From a virus, in the IMG/VR virus record IMGVR_UViG_3300028844_005363, positions 10,758 through 74,757 of that record: a stretch of DNA of 64,000 nucleotides; one strand, given 5' to 3'. A program made the position numbers and the translations under genes. The notes beneath the pieces are model-generated. The model did no database searches, was not told the DNA's origin, and was given only the letters and a program-made list of their open reading frames with translations. This document shows, piece by piece, positions 48,408 to 59,157 of the stretch; positions within the stretch are counted from its first letter, which is position 1, and the number at the start of each line of letters is the position of its first letter.

Positions 48408-48950
48408 ATGGCTAGCGCTAGTACTGAATGGCAAGTTCGTTTTGATAAGCTCACCCCTGAAAAGAAAGCCATAGTAGCTCAACAGAAGTTACGTAATATA
48501 GGCTGTCTGTATATCCATAATATTGATGATGTAATCAATAAGCAGACCTTCTTTTTTAATATCAAAACCAAGCAAAGAATAAATGGCACTCCTGAGTTAG
48601 TACACCTAGTAACTAAATACCGCTTGTTGTGGGACATTGAATTAGTTGCCGTAGGTCGTGACAACAACAAGGAGACTTACATAAAGCATACAGGGTACGC
48701 ATTTAAGACCCATGTGCTTCAATCAGAAATAGCAGAAGCATTAGGCAAGATACACTACAAATATTTCTTCACGCAGATACCAGCAAACCATAGAGTTAAT
48801 ATGGCTTGGATTGGTGCACCTAAGAACAACGTAGCGGCTATCAACGATGATGCGTACATACGTGACCTTTTGTATAACTTCGGAGCTTTACGCTCTACAG
48901 GGCAATTAGATGAATCAAGAGACTACAGTAACCCACCAAGTGATATGTGA
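48408..48950 (+). CDS. Hypothetical protein
   Basis: Likely start MASAST after GAGAG. Confidence 0.65.
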   Translation: MASASTEWQVRFDKLTPEKKAIVAQQKLRNIGCLYIHNIDDVINKQTFFFNIKTKQRINGTPELVHLVTKYRLLWDIELVAVGRDNNKETYIKHTGYAFKTHVLQSEIAEALGKIHYKYFFTQIPANHRVNMAWIGAPKNNVAAINDDAYIRDLLYNFGALRSTGQLDESRDYSNPPSDM

Positions 48951-49323
48951 TTACTGTGGTGAATTAGCTGAGGTAACTTCAGGTAAAGTTATTTACCCTA
49001 AGTTACCAAAACTATCTCACTTGGTTATCTACGCCTGTTTCCCTTGTGATGCTTATGTAGGTACTCACAAAAATAGTGGTACTCCACTAGGTAGACTGGC
49101 TGATAAGAAGCTCAGAACACTTAAAATGAAAACGCATGCTGCGTTTGATCCGCTGTGGAAAAGCGGCTATATGCACCGTACAGAAGCCTACAATTGGCTT
49201 GCTAAACGGATGGGTATTAAAAAGCACTGTTGCCACATAGGTATGTTTAATGAGAGCCAATGCACTCAAGCAATATCTATGTCTAAGGCGATGGTCAAAC
49301 AAATTAATTTGGATACAAAATGA
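48910..49323 (+). CDS. Zinc-finger protein (DUF3268-like)
   Basis: CDYCG, CFPCDAYVGTH, PLGRLA, FDPLWK, CHIGMF. Confidence 0.85.
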   Translation: MNQETTVTHQVICDYCGELAEVTSGKVIYPKLPKLSHLVIYACFPCDAYVGTHKNSGTPLGRLADKKLRTLKMKTHAAFDPLWKSGYMHRTEAYNWLAKRMGIKKHCCHIGMFNESQCTQAISMSKAMVKQINLDTK

Positions 49324-50123
49324 AAAACACTCCAATTTCTAAAGTAGAACAAAGCCAAGATTTAACCTCTAAGTCGCTTAAAATAAGCAAACAGGTAATT
49401 CTTGAGCAGTACCATAAAGACACTATGGCTACTTACACTTCTCAGAATGAGGCAATGGCAAAGCTCAGTGCTTGCTTAGAAGCTCATAACTACGAAGACT
49501 TGCAGCAATTTAGTAATACACTTGATAAGTACATTACTGACCGTGCAAAGTTACTGGTATGTGATACGTCTGAAATGACTCGTCTGCGTAATTTACTAAA
49601 TAAATTACTTGATTGTTCTCTGTTAAAAAATACAGACATGTTCGAGTTTCCTACACCAAGAACAGGTTTACCAACCAACCTTGTGCGTACGATAAACGAT
49701 TCTAGCTATACAAATTTGATTAAAGAGTTTGTGTTAGTGGAAGGTACGGGTGCTTGTTACGTATACACGTACACTTATGAAGAACGTATTATTGTAGCTG
49801 CTGAACTGGAAGAGCGACAACTTGGTAACGATTATGTAGAAGATTGTTTTAGTTCTTTTGAGTTGGAAGTAGCAATCCCTTCTTCATATGGTGCGGTAAT
49901 TGCTAGCATTATTGAGTACTCAAAAATCTGTAAAGAACTTATTTACAAGCGCGAAACCATCACAACTAAAGTATCTAATATTGATACTCACCTTGAGAAA
50001 CTTGAAGCGCAACTACTCGTTAAAGAACTTCAAGATGCTGGTAACACAGAAGCTCTTGACACTATTCAAAGCATCATCCAATCAGCCACTGGCAACAATG
50101 AATTACTATTAGGAACTAAGTAA
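49320..50123 (+). CDS. Hypothetical coiled-coil protein
   Basis: 267-aa coupled ORF. Confidence 0.7.
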   Translation: MKNTPISKVEQSQDLTSKSLKISKQVILEQYHKDTMATYTSQNEAMAKLSACLEAHNYEDLQQFSNTLDKYITDRAKLLVCDTSEMTRLRNLLNKLLDCSLLKNTDMFEFPTPRTGLPTNLVRTINDSSYTNLIKEFVLVEGTGACYVYTYTYEERIIVAAELEERQLGNDYVEDCFSSFELEVAIPSSYGAVIASIIEYSKICKELIYKRETITTKVSNIDTHLEKLEAQLLVKELQDAGNTEALDTIQSIIQSATGNNELLLGTK

Positions 50124-51157
50124 TGGATTTAACATTTACACAATTAACCAAAGTAGTCGGCGCAGTTATTGAAGGTCGTCGTGTACCAATGATCACCTCT
50201 AAACCAGGTGTAGGTAAGAGCGCAGTATTTCAATATCTTGCAAAGCTTTACAATTTATTCCCTATCGACATTCGTTTAACCACTTACGACACAGTTTCGT
50301 TAAATGGTTTTCCTTCTGTTGATGAATTAGCTAATCGTTCTACATTCGTGCCTATGGGTATCATTCCTATTGCTGGTCGTGATGCAATCCCTAAAGGTTA
50401 CGATGGTTGGTTAGTCAACTTTGATGAATTACCTGACTGTACTCCTACCATGCAATCAGCAGCGTATAAGATAATCTTAGACCGCTTTGTTGGTGATCAT
50501 AAAATACATGACAATGTGTTAATGATGGCTTGTGGTAATGGCGTAAACCATGGTGGTGCAGCACATCGTGTTACTGCTCCAATGAAGTCTCGTTTAGTAC
50601 ATTTCGGTATGGCAAGTCATGTTGTTGGTTGGATCAATTGGGCAATCCCTGCTGGTATTGATTACCGCATAGTTTCATTCTTACGTGAGCGCCCAGAGCT
50701 ATTAAATAACTTTGACCCAGCGACAGTGAGTGGTGTTATTACATTTGCTTGTGAGCGTACATACGAAATCCTGAGTGATGTTGCTGGTCCAATTGATGTA
50801 TGGGATTCAGAAGTATTCCCTATCCTTGCCGGTGCTATTGGTGACGCTGCAGCTACAGAGCTTTACAATTATGTGAATGTCTTTGCTCATTTACCGTCTA
50901 TTGATGATGTTATTAAAAGTCCAACAAGTGCTGATATACCTAATGAACCATCATCTAAATATGCAATGGTTGGTAAGCTAGTTGGCTTCATGGATAAAAA
51001 TAACTTTAGCCAGTTCATGACTTACATAAATCGTTACCCTTCAGAGTACGCAATGAACTTTGCACGTAATGCTTTGCGTAAAGACCGTACTCTTAAGAAT
51101 CATCCACAAATACAAAAGCTAGTATCACAATCTGCTATTAATTTTGACGTTATCTAG
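50123..51157 (+). CDS. MoxR-like AAA+ ATPase (N4 gp24-like)
   Basis: SKPGVGKS Walker A, FDEL Walker B, ACGN, SRLVH. Confidence 0.9.
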   Translation: MDLTFTQLTKVVGAVIEGRRVPMITSKPGVGKSAVFQYLAKLYNLFPIDIRLTTYDTVSLNGFPSVDELANRSTFVPMGIIPIAGRDAIPKGYDGWLVNFDELPDCTPTMQSAAYKIILDRFVGDHKIHDNVLMMACGNGVNHGGAAHRVTAPMKSRLVHFGMASHVVGWINWAIPAGIDYRIVSFLRERPELLNNFDPATVSGVITFACERTYEILSDVAGPIDVWDSEVFPILAGAIGDAAATELYNYVNVFAHLPSIDDVIKSPTSADIPNEPSSKYAMVGKLVGFMDKNNFSQFMTYINRYPSEYAMNFARNALRKDRTLKNHPQIQKLVSQSAINFDVI

Positions 51158-51168
51158 GTAGGTAATAT

Positions 51169-52272
51169 ATGAGTGATTTCGATAGAATGTTTGGTTCAGC
51201 TAAGTTAAATCTTGGTATGGATAAAAGAACAATGTTTTATTCAGCACTGCTACTTGGCATGAATCATATCTTTGATGTTCCTCATGTTTCCCGTGCTGCT
51301 ACAGATGGTCCTAATCTTTATTTAAACAAAGAGTGGTTCGCAGGTATAACCCTACCAGAAGCCATTGGTGTAATAGCTCATGAAGTGAACCATGTACTTC
51401 AAGAACATTGCACCCGTGGTCTTGATTTGAATGATAAAATATTCAACTATGCTTGTGATTATCTAATTAATAATGAGTTAGACGATGCAGGTATTGAATT
51501 ACCTGACCCTAAACTTATGGATCATAAGTATGATGGCTGGGAGTTACTAGCTATCTATGATGATCTCTTAAAAGACGAAGCTGATTTCCCTGAGATTACT
51601 TTGGACATATTGCCACCGGCATCAGGTACAGAGACTCAGATAAAGACTCAGATAGACATGATTATCTCACAAGCAGTTACCATTACAAAAATGGGTGGCG
51701 GCACAGTACCAGCAGTTGCAGAACGTTACATCGAAGAGCTAGCACATCCTAAGATACAATGGGATCAAGCGCTAGCTGAGTTTGCTCAAGAGCTTGCTGC
51801 TAAAGATTACACTTGGGAAAGATTTAATCGCTCTTACTTTCCTAAATTTATATTACCTGGTATGGGTGGTAATAATATGGATGAGATTGCGTTTGCTTTG
51901 GACTCTAGTGGTTCAGTAAGTAACACAGAATTTAATTCATTCAGAGCAGCCATACAAAACTGTCGTGAAATAATGGAACCAACTAAGACAACTATAGTTG
52001 ATTTCACCACGCAGATTAATAATGTATACGAATTGGATCAATTCGAAGAAATGCGTGATTTAACCTTTGATGGTTGGGGTGGTACTGACTTACACCCTGT
52101 AATCGAATTTTTTAAAGATAGAAATCCCACGGTATTAGTAGTGTTTAGTGATTTAGATTGCTGCCCTATAGAAATACCACCTGATTATCCTATAGTATGG
52201 GTCTGCATCAATGCACCGTATCAAACAGTTAATTTCGGTAAACTAATACATTACTCTACACATGATTTGTAG
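51169..52272 (+). CDS. Metallopeptidase-like/vWA protein (N4 gp25-like, DUF2201)
   Basis: AATDG, AHEVNH, NYACD, LDSSGS MIDAS, GGTD. Confidence 0.88.
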   Translation: MSDFDRMFGSAKLNLGMDKRTMFYSALLLGMNHIFDVPHVSRAATDGPNLYLNKEWFAGITLPEAIGVIAHEVNHVLQEHCTRGLDLNDKIFNYACDYLINNELDDAGIELPDPKLMDHKYDGWELLAIYDDLLKDEADFPEITLDILPPASGTETQIKTQIDMIISQAVTITKMGGGTVPAVAERYIEELAHPKIQWDQALAEFAQELAAKDYTWERFNRSYFPKFILPGMGGNNMDEIAFALDSSGSVSNTEFNSFRAAIQNCREIMEPTKTTIVDFTTQINNVYELDQFEEMRDLTFDGWGGTDLHPVIEFFKDRNPTVLVVFSDLDCCPIEIPPDYPIVWVCINAPYQTVNFGKLIHYSTHDL

Positions 52273-52304
52273 GGTAATCCCCTAACAAAGTACATGAGTA
52301 GTAA

Positions 52305-52526
52305 ATGAATATTGTAGACTTTAATAAAATATATGACGCAGAGTTTCTATGTGAAGCTCTGTTTAGTAATGCTTCAGACAAAACAGTAACAGGTATTGTA
52401 TTAGCCGCGCCGGTCAAAGGCGTTAATGGTCGCTATACAGTGCACATTGATTCTGTATCTCTAAGAATACCTTTAAACCGTATTCTAAAATTAACCAAAT
52501 CATCTCGTAAATGGGATGACCTTTAA
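52305..52526 (+). CDS. Hypothetical protein
   Basis: 73-aa ORF. Confidence 0.55.
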   Translation: MNIVDFNKIYDAEFLCEALFSNASDKTVTGIVLAAPVKGVNGRYTVHIDSVSLRIPLNRILKLTKSSRKWDDL

Positions 52527-52538
52527 ATAGGAATTACT

Positions 52539-52952
52539 ATGAAAATTGGTCAAAAAGTAAAATTTAAAATAAGCACTAAAGTAGTACTTACAAAAATGGG
52601 TAGTGGGCTTAGTGAAGATGTCTTAGATGCTGACTATTTTGTAGTAGCATTTACACCAAACAATTTACTTGTTCTTTCAAAAGAACCATGTGATCAAGCA
52701 ATTGATGTAAACACAGTACGTCTTGTACCTGACGGAGTTGTAGTTTCAGACTGCGCTGTTGAAATTGTAGAAACCAAGCGTGAAGAGTTCTACCGCATTT
52801 TAGGTGTTCAAGTAAACGACTATGATAAGCCTACATTTCTGGCTGCTGAAAAAACCATAGAGCTAGTTAATGACGTTATGTGTCGTGACCCTGGTCTTGG
52901 TATGCGCGTACTTCAGTTAGGTCGTGAGCTTGCTGCGGAGAGTGCCGAATAA
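52539..52952 (+). CDS. Hypothetical protein
   Basis: AGGA RBS. Confidence 0.7.
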   Translation: MKIGQKVKFKISTKVVLTKMGSGLSEDVLDADYFVVAFTPNNLLVLSKEPCDQAIDVNTVRLVPDGVVVSDCAVEIVETKREEFYRILGVQVNDYDKPTFLAAEKTIELVNDVMCRDPGLGMRVLQLGRELAAESAE

Positions 52953-53878
52953 TGACTATTCGTGTAGAGATGATTCAAGCTAGTAAATGTGCTGTAACTG
53001 GTAAAGAAATCTTCACTTTAGCTCTTGAGTACCCTCGTCAAATACATGCACAACTACTGACACATGGTGTCTTTAGTAAAAATGGTAGTAGTTCACGCGC
53101 AGTACCAATTGGTGCAGCTATTGATCAAGTTCGTGATAACCCATCTAAAGTAATTTGGACAGGTAAGCAATCAGGTATGCAAGGTCTTGACCTTCAAGGT
53201 GATTCTAAGTTACTTGATATGGCTGACTTGGTTCATGCATTGGCTCGCGAACAAGCTATCCTTACAGCACGTACCTTAGACGCTCTTGGTATCCATAAGC
53301 AAAACGCTGGTCGTTATCTTGAACCATTCCAAAATATCCGCATTGTGCTTACAAGCACTGAGTGGGAAAATTGGGATTGGTTACGTATTGATGCTGCAGC
53401 TCAACCTGAAATTGAAGCACTCGCTGTACTTATGAAACAAGTACGTGATGCTGCTGAACCTATGGTTCTTAGTGCAGGTGAGTGGCACGTACCTTTCGTT
53501 GACCGTGGTCGTGATGAACAAGGTGAAATGATTTATTGCTGTGCTGAAACAGGTGAAGTGTTATCTCTTGGTGAAGCCAAGAACATTTCAATGTCTGTGT
53601 GCGCCCAAACAAGTTACCGTAAATCTGATGCTTCTTTAGAAAAAGCAGAAGATATGCAAGATAAACTGTTTGGTGGTAAGAAAATTCATGCAAGCCCAAG
53701 TGAGCATCAAGCATCACCTATTGGCGAATTTGAGTTCAACACTACTTGTGAGTGGCCTCAAGGCGTTACGCACATGTGCCGTGATTACACCTTTGGCTCT
53801 GGTAACTTTAATCAATGGATACAAAACCGTCAATTGATTAAAGGTCATGACAGAGCATTACATTCAACTACGGAATAA
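52952..53878 (+). CDS. thyX: Flavin-dependent thymidylate synthase
   Basis: YPRQIHAQLLTHGVFSKNGSSSRAVP, HKQNAGRYLEPF, HASPSEHQA. Confidence 0.88.
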   Translation: MTIRVEMIQASKCAVTGKEIFTLALEYPRQIHAQLLTHGVFSKNGSSSRAVPIGAAIDQVRDNPSKVIWTGKQSGMQGLDLQGDSKLLDMADLVHALAREQAILTARTLDALGIHKQNAGRYLEPFQNIRIVLTSTEWENWDWLRIDAAAQPEIEALAVLMKQVRDAAEPMVLSAGEWHVPFVDRGRDEQGEMIYCCAETGEVLSLGEAKNISMSVCAQTSYRKSDASLEKAEDMQDKLFGGKKIHASPSEHQASPIGEFEFNTTCEWPQGVTHMCRDYTFGSGNFNQWIQNRQLIKGHDRALHSTTE

Positions 53879-53889
53879 CCGCTGCGCGG
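53879..53889 (+). promoter_or_regulatory. Triloop hairpin promoter candidate (class B)
   Basis: CCGC-TGC-GCGG. Confidence 0.4.
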
Positions 53890-53907
53890 CTTTGTACCCT
53901 CCACAAT

Positions 53908-53932
53908 AAGACCTCTATATGGGGTCTTTTTT
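53908..53932 (+). terminator. Intrinsic terminator
   Basis: AAGACCTC-TATAT-GGGGTCTT plus T tract. Confidence 0.7.
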
Positions 53933-53948
53933 AATTAGGAATACAGAT

Positions 53949-55247
53949 ATGGCAAGTGCACCTGTTGTCTTCAACGCTGACCAGCAAAAGGCTAGGGAAA
54001 TGTTCCATAAGTTTATGCAATCAGAAGACATAAACGAAATGGGTTTAGTAGGACCACCTGGGCGAGGAAAGTCTTGGTTAGTTAATCAATTGATTTTAGA
54101 GCTACGTAGTCAAACCAAAATAATGAATCATCTACTCGATGAGAACAACCAATTAAACTTAGCGCTAACCGCTACATCAAATGAGTCTGCTAACCTTATA
54201 GGTGAGTCATGTGGCGAACGTGCTTCCACCATACATAGTTTACTTGGTTTACGTTTAATAGATAACTATGAAACTGGTGAACAAGACTTAATTAAGACCC
54301 AGCATTACGCTTACAAGTACGGTACTTTAGTTATTGTAGATGAAGCTGGTTGGGTTAATTTAGCTCTGCTGAATATCACCAGACAAACATTACATGATTG
54401 TAAAATATTATACGTTTATGATCATAAGCAACTCACAGCAGTTAATAAGAAAGATGGTTCTACAAGTACATGTGCTGTGCATGAATGCGTTGACTACACC
54501 GCGTACTTATCTATCAATGAACGTAACGATAATCCAATAGGTATTATAGGCGACCGCTTTAGAGACTCTGTAGGTGAAGATTACTTCCCTCATTTGCAAG
54601 AGTACCCCGGCTGGGTAGAATTTATTGATGACGATAAGTTTCGTGAATTAATAAAAAAACACTTTGTTGATGAAACCCATGATGCCAAAATTCTAGCTTG
54701 GACTAACCATATGGTAAATGCTTACAATGAATACGTAAGAGATGAGATTTACGATTATGTAGAGTACTTGCCTGGTGAAGTTGTAGTCACCAATAAACCT
54801 ATACCTAGTCCGTGTGGTTCATTTAACCTATATGCTACAGATGCCAAAATTAATATTACAGCCCACGGAGAGCAAACCACGATAGATGGTGTTGATGGTT
54901 ACGAAGTATACGATGACAGGCAAAATCTAATATTCGTACCTTACGATATGGCGTTAGTTAATCGTATGATCAACCAAGCTTACATAGCTAAAAATTGGAC
55001 TGACTACTTTCGTTACAAAAAGAATTTCCATGACTTACGACCTCTGTATGCAAGTACCGTACATAAAGTCCAAGGCAAAACCAATGATATTACTATTGTT
55101 GATTTAGATGATATAGGCTGTAACCCTAATCCTGAAGAAGTTAAAAGATTATTGGGTGTCGCATTCTCGCGACCTCGTAATAAACTCTACCTATATGGTA
55201 GTTTGCCTAGAAAATATGGAGGTACTGATAATGCACGTAGAATTTAA
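53949..55247 (+). CDS. SF1B (Dda/RecD-like) DNA helicase
   Basis: GPPGRGKS, STIHSLL, IVDEA, ASTVHKVQG, VAFSRPR. Confidence 0.9.
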   Translation: MASAPVVFNADQQKAREMFHKFMQSEDINEMGLVGPPGRGKSWLVNQLILELRSQTKIMNHLLDENNQLNLALTATSNESANLIGESCGERASTIHSLLGLRLIDNYETGEQDLIKTQHYAYKYGTLVIVDEAGWVNLALLNITRQTLHDCKILYVYDHKQLTAVNKKDGSTSTCAVHECVDYTAYLSINERNDNPIGIIGDRFRDSVGEDYFPHLQEYPGWVEFIDDDKFRELIKKHFVDETHDAKILAWTNHMVNAYNEYVRDEIYDYVEYLPGEVVVTNKPIPSPCGSFNLYATDAKINITAHGEQTTIDGVDGYEVYDDRQNLIFVPYDMALVNRMINQAYIAKNWTDYFRYKKNFHDLRPLYASTVHKVQGKTNDITIVDLDDIGCNPNPEEVKRLLGVAFSRPRNKLYLYGSLPRKYGGTDNARRI

Positions 55248-55752
55248 AAGTAAGTTAGTAGAAATACTAACTGCACATCATTTCATTAAAGGAGCCGAAC
55301 CTTATACGGAAGCCCTAGGGGAGATTCTTCAAGAAGCTTCATTAACCACAGGCACTACGTACATTATGTACAAAAAGAAAATTTTCTATCCTGAGATGGT
55401 TTTTGATATTCAAAAGCTGTATCAACCTGATAGTAATATTGCACCTTTGCCATTACATTTAGTTGATCAAATGGATGAGATCATTACGGAACTAGAAGCA
55501 TTCGATAGTAACCGTAAAAAGTATTACTCATTCATGCGTAAGATAGTTAATGCCTGTAAGTCTATAGCTGATATACGTCAGCTACTACCTCAGAAGTATT
55601 GGTTTGCTTTGGAAGATACCAAGAATTATTTTTGTGATGACGAAGACTACCCTTTACTGTCTGAAACCATGGTTCTTAATTTTAAGAAGAATAACGCACT
55701 TAGTTATGCATTCTTAAATGAGCAAGCAATTTGGGATGCAATGGGGCTGTAA
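55231..55752 (+). CDS. Hypothetical protein (N4 gp38 position)
   Basis: GGAGG RBS; between helicase and polymerase. Confidence 0.7.
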   Translation: MHVEFKSKLVEILTAHHFIKGAEPYTEALGEILQEASLTTGTTYIMYKKKIFYPEMVFDIQKLYQPDSNIAPLPLHLVDQMDEIITELEAFDSNRKKYYSFMRKIVNACKSIADIRQLLPQKYWFALEDTKNYFCDDEDYPLLSETMVLNFKKNNALSYAFLNEQAIWDAMGL

Positions 55753-55754
55753 AC

Positions 55755-58442
55755 ATGAGTTTAAATCCAGTAACAATAACTCCTTTAAACGAGTCGGGTG
55801 CACCAATAGCTATTCTCTGTAAAGATAATACTATGCAACTGGCTAGCTTAAAGAAATACTACTTCGAACCATTAATGGAAAGGGGGGTATTGAGTAATGA
55901 AGTTGCTGCATACCCTCTAACCTATCCCAATGGTAAAGCTACCATCAAACAGATACGTGAACACTTAGGCGCATTGTTACCTAACCTTGTTGCCTACGGT
56001 GCACAGTATTTGATTGTTAATGATGGTGCTTATTTCAAGGAGCTTACTAAGCAGAAAAAATCTGATGCAAACTCAGGGTATGTACTGCCTTGTGCTTATG
56101 AAGGTTTTACTCACTTAAATGTTATTTTAGGTGTTAATTATAAGACCTTCTACTTTGATGCAAAAAACTCTGAAAAGTTACACCAAGGTATCAATGCTTT
56201 ATTTGATCACATTAATGGTTCATACCAAGAGCCAGGGCATAATGTAATATCAGATGCTACTTATGTAATGAAACATGAATGCCCTAAAAAGCATTTTGAT
56301 TTCTTACTAAAGCAACCTGAGTTAGAGCTTGATATTGAAGCTTTTAGTTTAAAATTCTGGTTGGCTGGCATAGCAACTATTGGATTTAGCTACGGCGAAG
56401 GTTCAGGTATTGTATTCCAATCTGATTACGTACCACTCAAGAAAACTTTTGAGGTAGGTAAGGGTAGTGCTAAAGCTACTGTGTATGGTGAGCAAATACA
56501 TAACCCTGAGTTCAAGAAAGCATTGCTTGAGTTCTTACTAACGTACGAAGGAACCATAACTTACCATAATGGTAACTATGATATTAAAGTACTCATTTAT
56601 GAGTTATTCATGGATGGTTTCCAAGACTACGCAGGTATGATTCACGGCATAAAAATACTTACCAAAAATTTCCACGACACTAAACTTATTCGTTATCTGG
56701 CTACAAATTCATGTGCAGGCAATAAGCTTAGTTTAAAAGACGTGGCTCAAGAGTTTGCCGGTAACTATGCAGAAGCAGACATCACAGACATTACTAAAAT
56801 TAAGTTACCAAACTTAATGAAGTATAACTTGATAGATTGTCTGTCTACTCGCTATGCCCGTTTGAAGCATTACCCTGAAATGGTAGCTGATGAACAGCTC
56901 AGTGTTTATGAAACCATATTCAGACCAAGTGTAGCTGTACTACTACAATCTGAATTGGTTGGTATGCCACTAGATATGGAAGAGGTTTTGAATACCAAGC
57001 GAGAGCTTACAATCATCTCTGATGCCATATCTCTACGTATCAATAACAATCCTCATTGTAAGGAGTACATGCGTATAGCGCGTAACACAGCGCTTATTGA
57101 GAAGAACCTTTCACTCAAGCGTGATGTACGTACAGCAGCGGATTTCCTTGATATGAAATTCAATCCAAACTCTGATCCACAGAAAGCGGATTTACTGCAT
57201 AACTTCTTGGCTATACCGTTCACGGATAAGACCCCTAGCGGTAAACCATCTGTAGGTGCTAAATCACTAAAGCGTATTATTAATACGGTTAAGCTTGATG
57301 ATGAAGCCAAAGATTTAATGAAAGCATTTATAGAATTTGCTGATGTATCAATAATCTTAAATAACTTCATTAAATCCTTTATTGAAAATAGTGTACTTAA
57401 AGAAGATGGTATTTATTGGTTACATGGTTCATTCAACCTAGGCGGTACTGTAAGCGGTCGTTTGAGTTCAAGCGCACCTAACTTACAAAATATTCCTAGT
57501 AGTGGCACACCGTACGCCAAGCACATTAAACGTTGTTTTAAAGCACCTCCTGGTTGGTTATTTGTAGGAGTAGATTTTGCTTCTCTTGAAGATAGAATCA
57601 GCGCACTTACTACACGTGACCCAGAAAAGCTTAAGGTGTATACCGATGGTTATGATGGTCACTGTTTAAGGGCGTACGCTTACTTCCCTGACCGTATGCC
57701 TGACATTGTAGAACAGATGAACTTAGCTATTGATAACCAACCTTTACAAGTTGAGATAATTAATAGCATAGCTGAACTACATGAAGATGTTAGGCAAGAC
57801 AGTAAACCACCAACATTCCTACTCACCTATGGTGGTACTTGGATGGGTTTACATAGCAACGTTGGTTTGAGTAAAGAGCTAGCTAAACAGACAGAAGAGA
57901 ATTATCACAATTTATACGTTGAGTCGGACAATTGGGTTAAGGCTAAAATTCTGCAAGCTAGTAAAGATGGGTACGTCACTGTCGCCTTCGGCTTACGTTT
58001 ACGTACCCCTATTCTAACTAAAACGATGTGGTCGGACGATTACACTGTACCTTATGAAGCCAGAAGTGAATCACGTACTGCTGGTAATGCTTTAGGGCAA
58101 AGCTACGGTATGTTGAATAACCGTGCTGCAATAGAGTTTCAAACCATAACTTTCTTATCAGATTATTCATTGGATATTCTGCCTTCGGCACCCATTCACG
58201 ATGCTCAATACTTTGTGATCCGTGACGACATAGAAGTAGTGAAATGGTTTAACGATAACTTAATACCATGTATGCAGTGGCAAGAGCTTGAAGAAATAAA
58301 ACATCCCACGGTTAAGTTAGGGGGTGACTTAGAAATATTTTACCCAAATTGGGCTAATAAAATAGCAATACCTAACTTTTCCACGGAACTAGAAATCATA
58401 GCCTTATGTGATAAGGCAATTATTAAGATGGATCAAGCATGA
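55755..58442 (+). CDS. polA: Family A DNA polymerase (N4 gp39-like)
   Basis: Exonuclease LDIEAFS/HNGNYD/YNLID; TVSGRLSSSAPNLQN, DFASLE, RQDSKPPTFLLTYG, IHDA. Confidence 0.96.
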   Translation: MSLNPVTITPLNESGAPIAILCKDNTMQLASLKKYYFEPLMERGVLSNEVAAYPLTYPNGKATIKQIREHLGALLPNLVAYGAQYLIVNDGAYFKELTKQKKSDANSGYVLPCAYEGFTHLNVILGVNYKTFYFDAKNSEKLHQGINALFDHINGSYQEPGHNVISDATYVMKHECPKKHFDFLLKQPELELDIEAFSLKFWLAGIATIGFSYGEGSGIVFQSDYVPLKKTFEVGKGSAKATVYGEQIHNPEFKKALLEFLLTYEGTITYHNGNYDIKVLIYELFMDGFQDYAGMIHGIKILTKNFHDTKLIRYLATNSCAGNKLSLKDVAQEFAGNYAEADITDITKIKLPNLMKYNLIDCLSTRYARLKHYPEMVADEQLSVYETIFRPSVAVLLQSELVGMPLDMEEVLNTKRELTIISDAISLRINNNPHCKEYMRIARNTALIEKNLSLKRDVRTAADFLDMKFNPNSDPQKADLLHNFLAIPFTDKTPSGKPSVGAKSLKRIINTVKLDDEAKDLMKAFIEFADVSIILNNFIKSFIENSVLKEDGIYWLHGSFNLGGTVSGRLSSSAPNLQNIPSSGTPYAKHIKRCFKAPPGWLFVGVDFASLEDRISALTTRDPEKLKVYTDGYDGHCLRAYAYFPDRMPDIVEQMNLAIDNQPLQVEIINSIAELHEDVRQDSKPPTFLLTYGGTWMGLHSNVGLSKELAKQTEENYHNLYVESDNWVKAKILQASKDGYVTVAFGLRLRTPILTKTMWSDDYTVPYEARSESRTAGNALGQSYGMLNNRAAIEFQTITFLSDYSLDILPSAPIHDAQYFVIRDDIEVVKWFNDNLIPCMQWQELEEIKHPTVKLGGDLEIFYPNWANKIAIPNFSTELEIIALCDKAIIKMDQA

Positions 58443-58627
58443 AAGTAGATGCATGTCTGTGTGACCGATGCGGTGCACTTTCTTTAAGTGAACATATTCA
58501 ACGCACAGCACATGTACCTATCAGTAACGGCACAGCACATCGTGTTGTTGACCATACTGATTTGGAACTGTGCCCACCATGCTCAGATGCGTTTAATTCC
58601 TTACTTAAAAACTTTTTGGATAAATAA
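58439..58627 (+). CDS. Small zinc-finger protein
   Basis: CDRCG...LCPPC. Confidence 0.7.
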   Translation: MKVDACLCDRCGALSLSEHIQRTAHVPISNGTAHRVVDHTDLELCPPCSDAFNSLLKNFLDK

Positions 58628-58628
58628 C

Positions 58629-59096
58629 ATGAACCAACAACAAAAGAATTTTGTGATTAGAAAAGCGAGAGAAATCGCAGTAGCGTACTTTGATAAGCTA
58701 TATAAGGCTGATGAACGAGCTGCAATTGAGTATAACTCTATACGTGTATCAATACAGCAGTTACTGTCTGAAGACCGTGAATTGTTAAAGACACTACCTA
58801 TTAATGAAGGTCTTGATGTTGACGCTAGTACATCAGTTACTTTTAATGATGTATTCGACCTAACCCCTTTATTTGAAAAGAAGGCTAAGGAACAAGGACT
58901 AGCGAAACCTGACTACCGTAGTCGGGACCATAAGGTGCGTATGGTGGGTCAAGAACATTATATGCGTTACCAAAATAGCATTGATGAGTTAGCAGTTATG
59001 GCTAAAGACATGGCTGATTTAGAAGTAGAAGTTATGCTTGGTTCTGATGAACAGACTAAAGTCATGATTCAAGAATTTACTACCAAATTTAGTTAG
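58629..59096 (+). CDS. Hypothetical protein
   Basis: Likely start MNQQQ. Confidence 0.7.
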   Translation: MNQQQKNFVIRKAREIAVAYFDKLYKADERAAIEYNSIRVSIQQLLSEDRELLKTLPINEGLDVDASTSVTFNDVFDLTPLFEKKAKEQGLAKPDYRSRDHKVRMVGQEHYMRYQNSIDELAVMAKDMADLEVEVMLGSDEQTKVMIQEFTTKFS

Positions 59097-59097
59097 G

Positions 59098-59110
59098 GCT
59101 GCTACGCAGC
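59098..59110 (+). promoter_or_regulatory. Triloop hairpin promoter candidate (class B)
   Basis: GCTGC-TAC-GCAGC, identical to 63414-63426. Confidence 0.55.
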
Positions 59111-59157
59111 TCTGCTCCCAAAAATTTCAATCAATCTGTAAATACAGGAACACTTAA

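Noticed and set aside
50123-52272. AAA ATPase plus vWA/metallopeptidase pair as a novel system
   Set aside because: Conserved N4 gp24/gp25-type pair.
8600-59096. Stop-codon reassignment (TAG) suggested by the CUA tRNA-like gene
   Set aside because: Core genes are full length in the standard code and TAG ends genes at sensible boundaries (for example 8600, 20642, 51157, 59096).
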